A stretch of 64,000 bases of DNA from Acanthaster planci (lineage: Eukaryota), in the NCBI RefSeq assembly GCF_001949145.1, contig NW_019091356.1, forward strand, positions 4,384,934 through 4,448,933, given 5' to 3'. Below the pieces are notes generated by a model. It had not been told where the DNA came from. It saw only the letters and a list, made by a program, of their open reading frames with translations, and did no database searches. Each line of letters starts with the position of its first letter. The first letter of the stretch is position 1. The position numbers were made by a program, and so were the translations under genes. This document shows, one piece after another, positions 1 through 13,800 of the stretch.

Positions 1-201
1 GGCGCCTTTCCATATATGTACGTTTTTGGCGGCGTTGCGTACACGATGCGTTCGTGCGCTTCACTTTCACAGACACCAAATTCGACCCCATTAACAAAGC
101 ACACGTGTGTGTTGCTTTTGGCCGTCAAACTCGCTCCGACAGGGATTTTGAAAGATACGCAAAGCTTGGCGCAAGTGTTGACGCACAAATGGAAAGCCGC
201 C
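1..201. mobile_element. MITE with 13-bp TIR (GGCGCCTTTCCAT / ATGGAAAGCCGCC)
   Basis: Terminal inverted repeats with 1 mismatch, ~200 bp non-coding interior. The left flank lies outside the window. Confidence 0.5.
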
Positions 202-380
202 TTTCTGTGTAGTACACCGTGAGGCATAAATTTTAACTCAGAATCTATAAATACATGTAGGCCTAGACCTACACGTAGTTGGAAAATAAGTTAAGCGCAG
301 TATGATGCAGGTCCATACACATGTAGCTAGCTTCATATCTATATACATGTACTCACTGGTGGACACAACCAAGATCTTAC

Positions 381-453
381 CTGTCGTTCCATCGAAATAT
401 AAATCAGCCATCATAGCCATCACAAGTAAGTGTGGCCATAGCATAGTCGCCAT
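381..453 (-). CDS. Possible first coding exon (signal-peptide-like) of a minus-strand gene continuing left of the window
   Basis: ATG at 453 gives MATMLWPHLLVMAMMADLYFDGTT, followed by a strong phase-1 donor AG|GTAAGA at 381/380. No downstream exon is visible to confirm it. Confidence 0.25.
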
Positions 454-2998
454 CTCAAAAGATTTTCAGATTTGAAATCAAAGTTTGTTATTCACGACCG
501 ACTGTCCCAGTCTGACTTGGCGAAACAAGGTCAGGCTGTGTTGTTGTTATTCCCACAACGCAAATCGCTATGTGGACTGCACACTAAAGCGATTGTAACG
601 AGAAACTTTTCAATACACAGGTATGGTGTCTCGAGTCATTACCAGCTAACCATCAACGATTGTTTTGGTGGATTGAAATTTATGCATGACCAATTTTTGG
701 GTAACACAGTCCGTCGATATTGCTGACCAAGGCTGCAACCACGGTCACTAATCGTACATGTCCTGTATATGTACCATTATTTGCTGGGTTTATTGTGTCG
801 TTGCTTCAGAGAAAAAAATAGCAATAGGCCTTCAGCCTGGACAAAGTGACCTTGCTCCGTAGGCTGTACGTGTTTGCGCCCAAAGGCAATGCTCTACTAC
901 TTGAGCGTTTAGTCACAGAACTTTGTGAAATTCCTTTAAATCATAAAAGTTTGCATGTAGTGAAGCGGTGTGTGGTACATATCAAAGTTCTCTATCTGTT
1001 GGTGACAAGGATGAGTGTGTCGTGGTGCTCAGTCTCTGCGACTGATGATGACCGAGTCGGTTCTCCAAACTCCACAGAAAGCTTCACGTATGGGCATAAA
1101 TCTGAGCAAAGGCTCCAGTACAGACTCAACGCATATTTGTCCCGGTTAGTCACAGAGTAAAATGAATTCGATTTTTCGCTGAGCTCACTCTCCCAGATGC
1201 CAGACTTTACATAATAGATGTAGGCCCTACACGATGAGCCTAGGCTATATTATTCCAAAGGACATCAGCAGAGTTCTTGAAGTTTCAAGTCAGCTAACAC
1301 ATATCACACCGGCAGTTGAGATTTCCAACTATATTCTACACCAAGTGAAGTTCGTTTTCGAAATTCTTGAATCATTTTCCTCAAGCCACGATGAGAAGGG
1401 CGCTGAAGACGAATGATGTATTTCGGGTTCAGTCTGAGATGTTGAACCAGGAAATGATGATGGTTATACTTGAATCATCACGAACGCTATACACTCTCCA
1501 TGACACAGCCGCTGAGAATGCGCTTAAGCTTCGAGTTTGTGTGTCTATCTACGCAACAGTGAATGGTCAGTCACCCACTAGGGGTGCACGAGGGGGCCAA
1601 CGAGGAGGGATCAGGGAACAATAGCCGCCTGATTACGTCAGAGACTGCAGCCAAGCTGTGGTATTGTTGAATGCATTGCAATGGTGGGACAATGCACACA
1701 CTGAGTTACAATAGCACATGTACATGTGCATGCTGAGGTTCGGGCTTCAACTTTCTTCCACTATTTGCGGGCTTGCAGTGAGCCGCACTCTAACCTTGGG
1801 GTTAGGTCACGAGTCGGCGCTTCAGCGCTACGGCCTAGGTTTAGTAAACCACAGGATTATGAGTGTCCTGGCAGTAGGCTTACCGATAACGAAACGGCGC
1901 ATAGTTTTGTACTGAAAAAAAAACAAAAAAACGGAAGGACATTCGATTCCCTCGAGATCGGTTCTCACTTCATGAATTGTATCTGTTTATGATTCAAGGT
2001 TGTACCTTGAGAAGATGCGGAAGAGTTAAACTTTCTCATTAATATTCATTGATCATTGGTATCCATCTACTTAGTCTTAAAAAGGAAAAAATCCCCTATC
2101 TTGACTTGATTTGCGCTAATAAACTTCACTATTATTGTTTCTGATTTGTTATTGATACAATTAAAGTCCTCAAGACTTTTATTGAAGTAACCCGAAAGAG
2201 GGAGTGACAATGGGGAGGTGTACGCGTTGAAAGACATGTTGAGTATTGAGAACAAATTATCAGTCGCAGGAAATGTTATTAAAATTAATGGGCAGTCCAT
2301 GATGTGACAAGACGACCTTGCAAACACAATTGAAGAATGTATTATTAATGGCGGGAACGGCTGAATTCGTCAATATGTTGCGCCCGAGGAAAATGGGTGG
2401 TGATAACAATGTTTTCTTTTTCTGAATCAGGAAATTCTCGATGCATGAAAAGATATTTTACGAGAAGTAGGTTACGCCCACAAAAAGCACAGGCCGCCCT
2501 CAATATTCTCGACGTGTGAACACGAACTACATGTATTAACACCAACTGTGACACATCCGGGGAATTGCTTTTGTCTTCTTTCAGTGGTTCCCGGCAGTAC
2601 GTGTTTATACTTCGTTGAAAGGGAACCAGCGTAGATGAACTCATTGAGCAAAACAGGAAGAATTTGACACCGAAGGCTAGAAACGGCGGAGGAATGCTAT
2701 CGAATTTTCTCGACAGAGGACAAACGCTTGCTCCGTCTTAGTTCATTTTGTAACTTCTGATAGACTGTGCCACCTGGACTCAAGTATGGTAAAGTTGAAC
2801 GGTGAAGTTTTACAGTTGGACAGGAAAAGAATGTTATTTTGCTGTAAAACTTGATCCGATGCTTGTGAAGTTGGTCTGGTTGCCGGTACAGAAATGGCAG
2901 TTCATAAACGCATGTGTTTGCTTGAAAATGGAAATCCGATTGAGAGGGCAGTAACTAGACCGTTTCCATTTGGGTGTTTGAAGTCGAAATTACGGAGT

Positions 2999-3184
2999 AA
3001 TTGCAGAATACCCCGCCACTCTAAAAAACGACCCCTGGAATAACTGGTTACGTGGAAACGACCCCTGGAATAACTGGTTACGTGGGTACAAGGTGAAAAT
3101 CCCTTGAAAAGAGTGTGACACTTTGACCTGTACCTGGCTATAGTATGAGGTTTATCATGTGGGGTGGCGGGGCATTCTGCAATT
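2999..3184. mobile_element. MITE with 21-bp TIR and internal 30-bp tandem duplication
   Basis: AATTGCAGAATACCCCGCCAC ... GTGGCGGGGCATTCTGCAATT (1 mismatch). AAACGACCCCTGGAATAACTGGTTACGTGG occurs twice (3026-3085). Confidence 0.65.
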
Positions 3185-3415
3185 GAGCTGAAATGACTTA
3201 TGTTACTGATGGGGCGATGACCCTTTTTTTCTAGTCCAGATTGACCAGGTCAGAGGTTATTCCATTTATTGCACTTTGCAGCCAGGCAAAAAAGGGGCAG
3301 CCCTCCATTCACTCTGTACAGGCATGACAGGGATTTGCTTGTTTTCCTCATTTTTCATTGAATTAGGATAAAAACAATTGAAACCTTTTCAGTATTGTGT
3401 GGAAGACATTTAGCC

Positions 3416-4277
3416 TACCCCCAGAACTGTGGGGTCCGACGTCCGCTCCACTCCCATGAACCCCACAGAAAACAAGCCTTTTTCGCCATAAGCTCTACAT
3501 GACGTTTAACAGTGCATGAACAGGGATTGTATTCTAGTTGTGTACCCATAGAAATGTTGCTCCATTTCCCCCAAGATTTCTATGTATGGTACAGTAGCTT
3601 ACATCACTTTGTTCTGAGTACCAAGAAAAAAATGGGCCAAAACCAGGCCGTTTTCCAAAAAAGGTGCAAATATTTCTGAGAGTCATGCAGTTCACGTGAA
3701 CTTGCGAAGACGAGCAGCGACCAAATGGTTGACTATGGCTGCAATCGATACACAAGACATGGAAATTGGCTGCAGCCGCTTTCCATACTTGTGTGTGTAA
3801 TTCTTAGCTGTGACTGGAATGAAGGGTTGAAATGGCAGTTGGCTGAGGTGCGCTGGGGGTCACACTGACCAATCACATGGTTCCTTATTATTTATGCTAA
3901 TATGGCAAGAATGACAAGCAACAACCGTTGAGTCCGATCACACGTGAGCGCCCATCGCAATAGCAGTGAGCCATGCGCACTTGTTTCAAAGACATCAGCT
4001 GCATCCGAATCTGTTGTGTAGAGCAAAGTTTAGGTCTTCACTCCATTAGAAATGGGCGGAGACGAGCAGACAATAGACGTAGCCATAGCTCTGGAAGCCG
4101 TTTGGGACATGGCCATCGTTTACAGTTCAACAGCGTGCTCACATCTCTATAGGTACTTAATTACAAAGTACCTGTTCATGCCCTGTTAAACATCATGTAG
4201 AGCCAAGGGCAAAAAAAGCTTGTTTTCTGTGTGGTTCATGGGAGTGGGGCAGACCTTGGACCCGACAGTTCTGGGTA
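3416..4277. mobile_element. Non-autonomous DNA transposon with ~110-bp imperfect TIRs
   Basis: 3416-3525 (CCAGAACTGT..CACTCCCATGAACC..CACAGAAAACAAGC..GCTCTACATGA..TTTAACAG..CATGAACAGG) is the reverse complement of ~4170-4277. No coding interior. Confidence 0.75.
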
Positions 4278-4815
4278 AGAGATATTCAGATTTTCAGTGA
4301 AACTTAGGGCATATTTGATGTTAAGGTTAAGAGTGTAGTCAATCATTGAGATTTTCTGCTTAGACCACAGCGCCATTTTTGCTCCTTTAAGTAGAGTGTA
4401 AAATATGGAATAGCCACTAACTGACCAATCTGGAAGAGGAATCGAGAAAAATCTTGTTGGTCATGGGGCAGTATAAGACATGGCCATGATGGCACATCTA
4501 CTGATAGGATCGCGCCACATGTTTTATTTAAATAACAACAACAGCCTCTGAGACACCACTGAGATGCCAGCAATGTGTAACCTCCGTGGGACGGTTGACT
4601 GTTACTTATTTCTGTTTCAGGCATGGAGCCATCATAGAAATCCGAGGAACTAAGGAGACTTCATTTACATCTCACAAAATTTTACAGTGAGGTCCATCTG
4701 TGCTGTACTTCAGTTGTGTTGGAATAATCCAGTACATGTTAACGTACGCTAATTCAGAATAAAAAAACAATCACGACCGGTGCCCAGCTTCCAGTGTACC
4801 AGTGATACTGCTATC

Positions 4816-7800
4816 ATGTGTGCAGCAACAACCAATGGGGGCAGTAGCCCAGGTCAGCTCAGTCCGGGAGTCAGCCCTTTGGGAAGTGGTCGCAAACGGA
4901 CCACCAACAGAGCCTATAAGGCAGAGGACCAGGCACTGTCAGATATCACACAAGAGGTAAGCACTGATTTCACTGGTTTCCACATTCAAAAGTCCCTGCT
5001 GGCAGTATGTTAAGAAAAACCTATATTTTTCAAGAAAATTTCCTCATGTAAAAGACCAGTTCCCCTCTTTTTTGGCCCTCTTCTGTCCTATTTAACCCTA
5101 ACCCCCTAGGCTCTTGCACTAGGAAGCATACTGAACCTCACTGCTGTTGGAGTATGGCAGGTTTTGGGCAGTTAGGGTTAACCTGATTTACAGGTTAGTT
5201 TCATTGGTGCAATTTTAAAGCATATTTTGACAGTTTGTTTTATGCTAATGTGTATCTTCATATTCATGAGAAAACAATTGATGTTCTTGCCAGGAAAATG
5301 AAGTATTCAGCTATTCCAGCAGGAAAAAAAATCCCAGAATTTTGTGAGATTTTGCTGTAAATTTCCTTATATTCGATCAAGTTTTTGACATGTAAATAAG
5401 CAGTTGTACATGTATTTGTTTTCAACATTTTCAGGTAGCAAATTTTAATTTACGGTGTCCTCCCAAGACGGCAAAGCATGCACTACCCTCAGTTGTCCTG
5501 AAACATGTACCCGTAGACAATTTTAATGAAAGAAATGCACTTTTGTGTACGCCATCAATGTGTACATGAGAAAAACTCCTCACATCATTTGCACATGTAC
5601 GCTTTTGACGAAAGCCTCTTTGCATTTTTGGATGAAATTTTATAATCCTCTGAGTTAGAGTTTGTTAACTTTCCATATCTCATACATGCGAGAAGGAATG
5701 AGTCATGAGGATGTAACAGTAGGCTAACATTTGCAATATTCATGTCCTTTTATACATCTTGTCCAGCAATCCAATTATGTAGGGGGGGCCTACATGTAGT
5801 ATTTATGAGTGTCTTCTTGGATGAGCAGATGCCATACAGTCTCTGCATCCTACTGCAGCAAGGTGTCAAGAAATGCCAACCAGGGGGAGAGGATCCAGCA
5901 TAAATTGACACCTTGCCGTCCTTGATTACAGAGCAATGGAAAATGAATTGTGGTTCAGAATTTAATATCAGTCTGTGGTTATGGATGGTACATGGTAAAA
6001 AAGGAAGTCATGGCTTTACAAATGTTCAAATACATGTATGAATTGTTTTATTCATTGTACACGAACAGTACATGGTTCATTCAATGTGTGGAGGCCATCT
6101 TCTTTTTTTTTTTTAAGTTCCTCTTTTTAATTGATGTTTCATTGGGTACATTGCAATCTTGACCTCAGTCACTTGTAAATCTTCATGTCTACATGTTTGA
6201 CGGTGAAACTGTTCATCCCAATCATTATTGAGTACTCTCTAATTCAAGGCTTATTGTATTCGACCCACATTTTTTCCTATCTCAATTTTTTTTTCCCTTC
6301 TTCAAGGCGGAAGCTCGACTGGCCAAAAAGCGTCAAGCGAGGGCTGAAGCTCGATCCATTCGAATGCGGGAGCTTGAGAAAATGCAAAAAGAGGTAATTA
6401 TCTCGGCAAACTTCCCACCAATCACACTTAAGTTGAAGCAAATTGTCCTCCAAATCCATTTCTTTGTGAAGAAACATCTTTTGAATGAACAAAGTTTTGT
6501 ATCCATTTTCAGGCCGAGGAGCAGATGGACAAGGAATATGAGCAACAAAAAGAAGAAAAGAAAAGCGTAAGTTGCCACTAGGAACTCTGACCTCTGACCT
6601 ATTTCCTAGGGTGTGTCTGTGTTGTAGTCATGAATATAATGTGAAGCCAAGAAGATCAGTTGCTATTTAAGCATTAGGCAGACCCACATACCATACTACA
6701 TGAACGCCTCAGTTTTTCTAAATTTAGAAGTTGGAACTTCATTTGTTGTCGTTTGCTCTTGTCATTTAGAACAAACTTTCTGTAATCAAATATGTCATCT
6801 TTCTTTTTTAGTGGAGTGAAAATGTTGAGTTTGTAATTTACACCTAGTCCTGCCTATGTACATGTAGAGATGTTTATGGAGAGTGGAACATTCCACCGGT
6901 TTGCTGTACATGTAGAATTGGTTTATAGACTTGAGATGGGATTCATGCTTATTTTCCTTCTTATTACACGTTGCTCACCCATTTGGGACACGTTTGTAGC
7001 ACCGACTAAGATTCATGGTAAATCAGCATGTGGTCAGGCTATTTTGTCCAGTGACTTTGTGTCTAGTTCACCATCAACCATGAATGTATTTATTCAATAT
7101 CTGCCCACTGCATGTCCATGCATGTACTTGTGCCTATTTGCTCTGTGGTGACTGTTGTATCCATTGCCATTTTGCTGTGATCCACATTTTGTTCAGCCTT
7201 CCTGTGAATGGTTGTCTCTCAATTTGAAGTCTAAAGTAAATACATGTGTACATGTGTGTGTGTTTGTGATTCATTCACTTCCGAGAGATAAGTGCCATTT
7301 GTGTCTCGGTCTTTTACTTAAAGCAACGACATTCAAACTATTTCCAAGAAACAGAGAAAACAATAAAACTGAACCATGACATGTACACTTATTTTTTTAG
7401 TTTCTCGAAGGAGTGTCACTGAATAAGTCACATGATCCAAGCAGATAGAATGTCCGATGTAGATCACATGCATAAGAGTAGCATCCTCCCTGTCTGGTGC
7501 ATGTGTAAATATTTCTGTAACCTAATCAAGGCCAAGGGAAATCCCAGTGTGATTTTTTTTGATTTCCTTGTCCCTCCTTGACCAGCATGGATTTTAGACT
7601 GAATGGAACCCTGTTGTCATTATGTCTGTGTAGTTCCGTTTGGTCTGTCGTCACTTTGGTTGAGTCTTGCCGGTCAGTGATTGTTTCTTGACTTTCTATC
7701 CCCAGTCTTAGAGTTGATCCAGTCTGAGTCTTGTATGCTTCATCATCAATAATCTTGGCTCCTTTAGCCTGTCTGCATGCTCTTACTGTACATGTATATT

Positions 7801-10800
7801 GTAGGCACATGTACATGTGAAGCCTGGTTTCTATATGGTCGTTTGTAATGCAGACAGTCCGCAAGGCATCAAGATGCAGACAGTTGTGGAAGAAATGTGG
7901 CACGATGTCATTCCACCCAAAAATTAAACAAAATAGCGCCCAAACTCAGAAAATGTTCTCCCAAAATGCCATTTTTAGGTGGCATTGTTTCCTCTTGAGG
8001 CCAAACTGATACTCCAGTTTGATTTAATTTGTTAATGGTCAGGTATTTTGTTGACGACTGAGGCTTCATATACTAGTAGCAAGGAGAAAATGAGTGAAAG
8101 TGAGAGAAACATCGTACACCTGTCATGCCAGCGTGTGTTTGTATAGGCCTACTCAGCTACTCGGTGCAGACAATCAGTAAAATTGAACCAGTCTCAACTT
8201 TGCCAATCCGTTCGGGGCTGGCTTGCATTATCGGCGATAGTTCCATTTGACATGTTTCCATACATGTACCGGTATGTCTGCCTTGCAGTTTGCATCTTGA
8301 CGCCATTGTTTTCTGCATTTCTAACGTGGATATGGAAATCAGGCTTAACAGTTCCCTTCCTGAATCTATCAAAATCCAACGCTGTCAAAACCTGATGGCT
8401 TGCTCTTCCAAGCACCAGGCTGTATCCAAATCCTTGTCATTAATAATGCGGACCTCTTTTAAGATGCACGTACATGGAATTAGTTCATCCTAATCATACC
8501 TCATCAGGTGTGGGATTCAGCCGGCTTTAAAACATCGGAGGGTTGTTGAATAGAGCAGTTAAAGTCCATGTTTCAGGCCTCATTATATGATGTCATACTG
8601 TACATGTAATGTAAATGCGCATATTTAATTCAGCCAATCAACAGCATTGCAGCCTCTGCATTTTGGACATCCATGTACATCGTTAGTGTTTCGATAAATG
8701 AATTTTACAATGCTGATCTTTACATGTACATATAGTTGGGTTATTCTGTAAGTTGGGCGTCCAAATTGTGACATTTTCCGTCCCACTTACCTCTGACATG
8801 TATAGCATCTGATATGTTTGATAAGGGATGTATCACTGAAATTGATTTCAAACCATTATTTGTTTGACGGGTGATTTTCAGTACTTACTCAATCTTTCAA
8901 TTAAATAATGAGTTCTAAACATTAAAAATCACATGCCAGGCATAACGGACAGGAAAAAAAATTGGACCCCAAATTTAAAGAATGACCCAGTTCCCCGTGC
9001 ATTGACCTGCTTCTATTTTTGACGGACATGTGCATGTATTGTGTATTTGTGTTGCAAGTCTTGTATGAATGGGATTTGATTTCCACACATAATGCATAGT
9101 AATTGATCATGCTTACATTGTCCTGAATGTCAGCCTAATGAAGTGATGGCATACCTTCATTAAGTCCTGCTGTATGTACATGGTTTGCTTCCATAAAAAT
9201 AACTTTTGCCTTATTTTTTCTGTAAGGCTTAATCTAGATTTATAAAGGGCATCAATTCAACACCACTGTTTTTGGTTCATTGGTTTACACCGACCGTGTT
9301 AATAAGCCTTAGTATACATGTAGGATTGATGGAGTTTGTTTCTGCTACGTGTACATTAGTTTTGAACATAAAGATTTGGGGTGAATACCAGAGCTATCTT
9401 TGTTTGGTTGTGTCTGAGGTAAAGTCTACCCAGTAAACATTGTGTAGCTATTTACATGACCTGCTTGTGAACACCAATTGGTGATAACAGGTTAAGTGTG
9501 AATAGATGCAAGTCGGCAAAGTGTGACCTGGGCCTGAATCTATTCTGCACCTGCAGACATCTACGTTGTATGCATATGTGCCAGTGGGTGCCCATGCATG
9601 AATGAGAAATTTAGTCTCAATTTTTGGTACTTTTACGCTCCTCAATTTTGTAAGGACTCGTGAGATGAGAGAATTTGTACCATAACCCAAACCAATCCTG
9701 ATCCTGTAAATTCCAGTACTGGATTTCATGGGATTCTGATGGATGTTGGCTGTGGTCCCAGACGCATCGGAATAGGAATTGATTTCCAAACCTGTCTTTT
9801 TATCAAAGATCGTATAGCGCCAAAGGCGCAAGATGGATAACTCTGCCCAAAAGATGTAATTACCATGGGCGCCATTTGAGCAAGCAACGCGCCTATGCAG
9901 TTTACAGTAATGCTTGGGCGCAGGCTCACTAGGTGCACATGCCTGCCACTGCGCCTGTTCATTAATATGCATTGCACAGGCGTATCGCTTGCTCAAATGG
10001 CGCCTATGCGATCACAACGTTTTACGTATATTCACGGTGACGTTTGCCATTTTGCGCTGCTTCGCGGTGCTATACGATCTTTGCTTTTGATTAAGTTGCC
10101 ATGAGGCAGCAACATGGTTTGTATTTCAGTTGGAGCCGGGTGTCTTTTCACAAAGAATTAGCCCATGGGTTAGTTACATGTGTGCCAAAGCATTTGCGAC
10201 GCATGGTGGGTTTCATTCTGTGAGTTACCAGGAGTTTTACATTTAAGGTCCAACTTGTGGTAGTTAGCTTACCATCATTAGCCATGGATATTTTTATTGA
10301 GTCTGGAATTTATTTATAACCAACGCAGTCGTGTGTATTTAATGCCGTAATGGTTTCTCAAGAAAATTGGAAACTGTTTGTGACATTTTGATGCACAAGT
10401 TTTGTTGACTTAATAGGTGGCCATGTAACTGCATGTACATGTATATGGTCAGATAATATTTTGCCTGTCTCTGTCATTTGGCCAACAATATTCAATTTCA
10501 CAGAGAGTCATACAGACATGTAATTGTCACAAGGACTGATAATCAGGAAAAAGGTGTGGCAACTATAAAATACAAATACGTTTTTAGAAATAATATTCAC
10601 TGTGACACTGGGTATGTTTAGGAAACACTTGGTATAAGGGATATCCTGACTGGCACAGTGCCAATAGGAAATTGAATTTAATGAACCTAATTCAGTTTTA
10701 CTGTGATAGCACCTTAAATAGACTTGTGATAAATCTAAGTGAGATGATTTTAAACAAAACTGCCAGACCACAGATAAACAGGCAAGGAGTTGTCCAACTA

Positions 10801-13800
10801 GTGAGTGGAACTCATGGCTGTTAAAGGTGAGACTTTTGGTATCAGTGGTCCTATCAAACCTACACATGTTCAGTGGCTCACTGGTTGAAGTGCCTGTGCT
10901 ATGAGGTACATGTAAGAGGTACCTGTATGCTGGTTCACACTTGCCCTAGCCTGGCAGTGTCCAAACCAACAGGCTATGGCTTACAGTAATGAACAAATCT
11001 ATGGGAAGTTCTATCCATATGTAGCTTCTATAGGTGTATGTGCACTGATTGCTAGTTGTAGCCATGACTTTAAGCAGACATGGCCTAAGAAGGCAATACC
11101 TGTGCTGTACAAATGCAGTACATGTACATTTAGCACTACAATAAAAGCATGATTTCTCACAACACTCACCATGCACAGCATGACATAAAAAGCCAAACTC
11201 CCTTCAGGCTCAGGTAAAACTTTTAAGCTGGCTTAAACTACTATGTCTTGCAAGCACATTCATGGTCTTGTGTGTTTGATTCCAATTTTGATTCCCCAGA
11301 AATCCAGCAGTGTGATCCCCCCCGTTGTGCCCAATTCTAGCGGGGGAAGCTCATCGCGAAGAGGAAGTACCGATTCCATCGAGTTTGAATCAGTAGCACT
11401 CAAGGTAAGAGTTAACAATCCCATTCACCAGTCAAGGCAAATTGCTGATTCTAGTTCTTTCTTCCTTTTGTTTTTTTTTGGCAAGTGATTCTTACAGTCA
11501 AGGTCCCCTGTGAGAAAGTCTCCTGGCCGTACATGAATTTATTGCATGGTGAAAGAAATTCAGTTTTGCATAGTTGAAATCCTGTCAAACCTTCAAAATG
11601 ATTAAATTTGAAAATAAAATGACATCCATTATATTTGACCAAGATGTGTGAAATGTTTTGCAATTGATTGCTGATGAAATGATGGCAGATGTTATCTTGT
11701 TGGCATGTACTTGACAGACATTGAAACCGAACATTAGTATTAGGAATGGACTAAAGCAGTCCAGAATTGTCACTGTATCTAAATGCCAACGTAAGGTCGT
11801 TATTCTTTTCTGTCCATCAAGCAGGACTGATATACTTTGCTTTACAAAATTAGTTCTTGACACTGTAAACAAAGCCAATTTGCCTCATTTCAATTTATTT
11901 TCTACTTTTTTCAGTTCACTGCTGCTCTGAACAGTTATGTTTGCTGTCAAGTTTAGAAAGTTTGAACCAGGGTTTAATGCTTTTATTAAAGGTATTGTAC
12001 ATTAAGTGTCAATTGTGAAGCCAAAATATGAAAAGGAACAAGTGAAATGCAGGTTTAATTTGCACGTTAAATTATGGCAGGTGTTTCTTTTAAGGAATAG
12101 GAAACTTGTGGCAAGTTTTTACTGTTGAAGTTACCCTTAATGACTTTTCCTCATGTTGGTACTGGCAAACAGGTCACGTTGCCATTTGAAAAGTTGATTT
12201 TCATGTGAGAAGAAAATCAATGGCTTTGCCAACAAAGGTTGCTGATACATGTACGTGCTAAATCAGACGGCACGTTTTTCCTTGCCCCGAACCAAAAGTC
12301 CCGAGACATGTTTTCAGTGACATGTATATGTATGTATGATAAACAACCTTGTTAACATTGTGCAGAAAGGCTAGATAAATCTGAATGGTTAACCTTGTAC
12401 GTGTCAAGAGTTGTAAGAGAGTTGCTTGTAGACGTTGATGAAATAGTTATTTGCTGACACTGTCGATGAAAACTTACCATTTTGAGAGAAGAAAGTTGAC
12501 TATCTGTTCATGTTTTTTCAGTAATGTAAGTCTGCAGTATTTAGTAGACATTGAATGCTCAGTAGATGGGATGAGATTTTCTATGAAACATGCTTAGGGG
12601 AAGTAAGTTGAGACAAGTGGTGGTCAGTTTAACCACAGTCTTGGGAGACTTTGGAGGATCCAGAATACTTAACCCTAACACTCCTCAATCCTTCACCTGT
12701 TGGAGGATTGAGGACTGTTAGGGTTAATACATGTATAGGTGCCATTTTGTGACAACAGCTGACTTACGTTCTGAGTCAGGTAAGTAAAGGTTGTGATAGA
12801 GGACAGAGGTTGTGACCTGACCTTACACCTTGGACATGGATGGATGGCAGACCCAAGTTGGTGGTATTCTGCATGTAATGGAGTATTTATGCTTGGATTG
12901 CATGTAGGGATCCTTGCCTTCTCCTGTGGGATGCATGCATTTCTGGAAATTAAATGGTGCTTAATGAAAATCAAAAATACTTTTCGTACATGTGTTATAA
13001 TTCTTCCAAAATTTTGAGGATGACACCTGGCATTGTAAACATAATTCACATCTTCATAACGTGTCTTTAATTGGAACATTTCGTTACTGTACTTTTTCTC
13101 ACAATCTTACAAATTTCTTTACTAATTTGAAAATTCAGTGTTGTAGTGGGTTTCAAATTCATTTTCAGTGGCCCGATTCTCTTGTTTTATGCGAGAGTCA
13201 GTTTTGCTCAGTTCAGTCCGTTCAGCCCCATCCCAGTCAAAGCTTGGTCCTACATGTAAGTCCAGAATTCAGCATAAAACTGTCTCTGCCTTGATATATT
13301 CGACAGAGTGAGGCAGCCGCCCCACCGGCTGAGGAAGAACCCAGCCCAAAGGAATTGGTACGTTGTCCAACGACACAAACTCTGCACTCCACTCAGTTTC
13401 ATCATTTTATTCATTTGGATTTTTTTCCTTAATTTTGATTGGTTTAAAGTATACTAATGACACCCGCTTCTTAACCAATCAGTGCGCTTCTAGCTTGCTC
13501 CTTTTCCTCCTTCCAGCAGTAGGTGGATTTTTAGTGCTTAACAGCCAAGGGATTTTTGAACATGTAGTTTAAGCAAAGAGGTTTGGTCAAACTGTTGAGT
13601 TAAAGTTTTCTTACATGTATAGATGTGTGTTACAATGTAATTTACATGTATCATTTCTGCTGTGATCAGTAGTGCCAAAGGCATCTGTGTGAGCCTTTGT
13701 AAGCTCTGAATAAACATGATTATTTATTTTTCAATCTAGTGGTTCGTAAGATTCAACAATCCTGGTTCAACTTGTGACTCAACTTTGTGAGGAGTTTGGG

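Noticed and set aside
9448..9996. 182-aa minus-strand ORF
   Set aside because: No recognisable domain; it overlaps a MITE inside an LRRFIP intron and is likely a chance ORF.
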